Assembly (NCBI GenBank): GCA_963847705.1
Contig: CAWKBC010000030.1
Span: 64,001 to 128,000, forward strand
Reading direction: 5' to 3'
From: an uncultured Pseudomonadota bacterium
GTDB lineage: Bacteria > Myxococcota_A > Polyangia > Fen-1088
DNA: 64,000 nucleotides
Each line of letters begins with the position of its first letter. Positions within the stretch are counted from its first letter, which is position 1. Below the pieces are notes generated by a model. That model did no database searches. It was not told where the DNA came from and saw only the letters and a list, made by a program, of their open reading frames with translations. The position numbers were made by a program, and so were the translations under genes. Positions 62,318 through 64,000 of this stretch are shown here, piece after piece.

Positions 62318-63955
62318 TCAGGGGCAGACGGGGGCCTGGGAACTGGGAGCGAGAGCGGACAGATCGATTGCGGAACCAAAGTCGGTGCCCCGAATCGCAC
62401 AGATAATGGCCTTGCTGTCCTCGAAGTCGCTGCGGACATAGTACCACATGGCGTTGTTGACCGATTCGCCGAAGCAGCCAGCCAGCTTGTAAGAATGAGC
62501 CCGAACGTATCCCTTGAGTGTCCTCACCATGCGCTCCCAGCCGGGAATGCCTATTGGTAAATCATTGTCCGCCAACGGTGACGAATAGGCATGAAACATG
62601 ACGACTTCTGGGTTGCGCCGCTCCAGGTACTGGGTGTCGATCTGACCGGCGTGGTGGGAGATCCAGGCGTCGTTGAGCCCCCACGAATCCACCGCGGTCC
62701 ATTCCGACAAGAAAGGCAGCAAGCCGGCCTCGGAGGCGACGATGGTGTAGCCCTTGGCGCGATATGGCCTGAGCTTCGTGGCGACTTCTCGGTGGGCGAA
62801 GTCGGCGCCCTGCTCGACGGGGAAGTCCTTCCGAAGAACGTACAGCAGGATGAAACCACAGAACCCCACGCCGATCCGAAGGAGCAGGCGGCTCACGGTG
62901 GACTGACGGGGCAACCGGAAGTCGAAGCCCAGGATCCCGGCCAGCTCGGTCACCAGCTCCGGCCACCCGAAGAGGAGAATGGGCAAGGCCGCATATTGGA
63001 ACCTTCCCTTTTGATTCATTTCGTCAGAAAGCAAAATCCAAATGAGCGTGAATCCACAGACGGGCAAAAACGTGAGGAGAGCCTTCTTCCGGAGAGGGCT
63101 GGAAAGCATGGCCAGGCCAACAGTGACCAGGAAGAGCCATCCGAAACGGATGATGTTTCGTACGGATTGAACGAGAGGCCAGATATGGAGGTGGCCTCCC
63201 CCCTTCTTGTAATAGGGGTTCGGAAGGGGATAGCCAAAGTAAGACCAGTGCCAGACGAAATAGGCGCCGCCGAACACGAGCATGACGATGAGGTAGCGCG
63301 CCACCAGGTGTCTGGCCCGGCCGGGGTCCATCGAGAGGATCAGCGAAATGGTGATGAACGCCCCGAGGAAAATGCCCTCCGGTCGGATGAGGCCGAGGAT
63401 CAGGCAGCTGAAGGCGTAGCCCGTATCAGCCCAGTCGCCCAGCCGATCGTCCACTCTGGCGCGGCCAATGACCAAGGTGACCAGCGAGAAGAGCGCGAAG
63501 GATGGCGTCCCGAAGTAGGCCGCGGTGAGAGCGAGTCCCGGCCCCAAGGCGAAAAAGAGCGCCACGAACACCGCCAGCGACACCCGCGCCGTCCCCTGGA
63601 GCCATCTGATCGAGAGGTAGAGGAGCGCAACAGTCAAAACATGGCAAAAGGCAGAGAGCCCCCAGGCCACCGCCGCAACGTCGAATCCCAGCCTTGCGAT
63701 CGAGCCCACGGCGAACATGTACAGAAAGTCGGTGGCGCCATCGACGGGCCGTTCGCCGAGGTTCCAGACGATCCCGTGGCCGTCGGCCAGATGTTTTGCA
63801 TAGCGCAACAACATCGCGGCGTCCTCATAGGGCAGGCCTGACGGACGGGCCCAGGTGTGGAGCAGCCAGGTCGTGAGTGCAGCCAGGGCTACGGCGATGC
63901 CGCAGTCCCTCCAGGTTATTCCGTTCGCGCGATCCGCTCTTGCCGCATTGCCCAT
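62318..63955 (-). CDS. Multi-pass GT-C-like membrane protein (AftB/arabinofuranosyltransferase-like N-terminus)
   Basis: 'EDAAMLLRYA...GHGIVWN.GERPVDG.T', 'RPEG', 'YFGYPLPNPYYKK', 'EAG', 'DSWGLND'. Confidence 0.7.
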   Translation of the reverse strand: MGNAARADRANGITWRDCGIAVALAALTTWLLHTWARPSGLPYEDAAMLLRYAKHLADGHGIVWNLGERPVDGATDFLYMFAVGSIARLGFDVAAVAWGLSAFCHVLTVALLYLSIRWLQGTARVSLAVFVALFFALGPGLALTAAYFGTPSFALFSLVTLVIGRARVDDRLGDWADTGYAFSCLILGLIRPEGIFLGAFITISLILSMDPGRARHLVARYLIVMLVFGGAYFVWHWSYFGYPLPNPYYKKGGGHLHIWPLVQSVRNIIRFGWLFLVTVGLAMLSSPLRKKALLTFLPVCGFTLIWILLSDEMNQKGRFQYAALPILLFGWPELVTELAGILGFDFRLPRQSTVSRLLLRIGVGFCGFILLYVLRKDFPVEQGADFAHREVATKLRPYRAKGYTIVASEAGLLPFLSEWTAVDSWGLNDAWISHHAGQIDTQYLERRNPEVVMFHAYSSPLADNDLPIGIPGWERMVRTLKGYVRAHSYKLAGCFGESVNNAMWYYVRSDFEDSKAIICAIRGTDFGSAIDLSALAPSSQAPVCP

Positions 63956-64000
63956 GGCTTATACGAGCCGGGAAGGTAACACACCTCAGGTGGAGGACGT

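Overview
High-GC bacterial DNA that looks like Myxococcota (Polyangia-like), judged from Cys-rich lipoproteins, a MYXO-CTERM-like sorting tail, an ECF/FecR-TPR module and a Hanks kinase. The left half (1-32.4 kb) holds envelope and secreted proteins, dnaE, a LamG/beta-propeller surface-protein pair, a GAF-GAF histidine kinase with its receiver, an ECF sigma/anti-sigma cluster, ilvA and tauE. The right half (32.5 kb to the end, probably continuing) is a large Wzx/Wzy-type exopolysaccharide locus. It contains rfbBA and rfbDC (split by an intact IS1182-family element), wcaJ, wzx, a wzy-like gene, about ten glycosyltransferases, an acetyltransferase and a 2OG-Fe(II) oxygenase. The most notable feature is the export operon at 39.7-45.3 kb: a membrane-anchored Ser/Thr kinase, a polysaccharide co-polymerase with an N-terminal FHA domain and no tyrosine-kinase domain, a short OPX lipoprotein and a beta-barrel-like protein. 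This suggests phospho-threonine rather than BY-kinase control of polysaccharide export. Four single-base frameshifts are visible (two CGGATC->CGGATTC, two in G6 runs) and are probably long-read errors. No rRNA, tRNA or CRISPR array was seen. All family calls come from reading motifs by eye, not from database searches.
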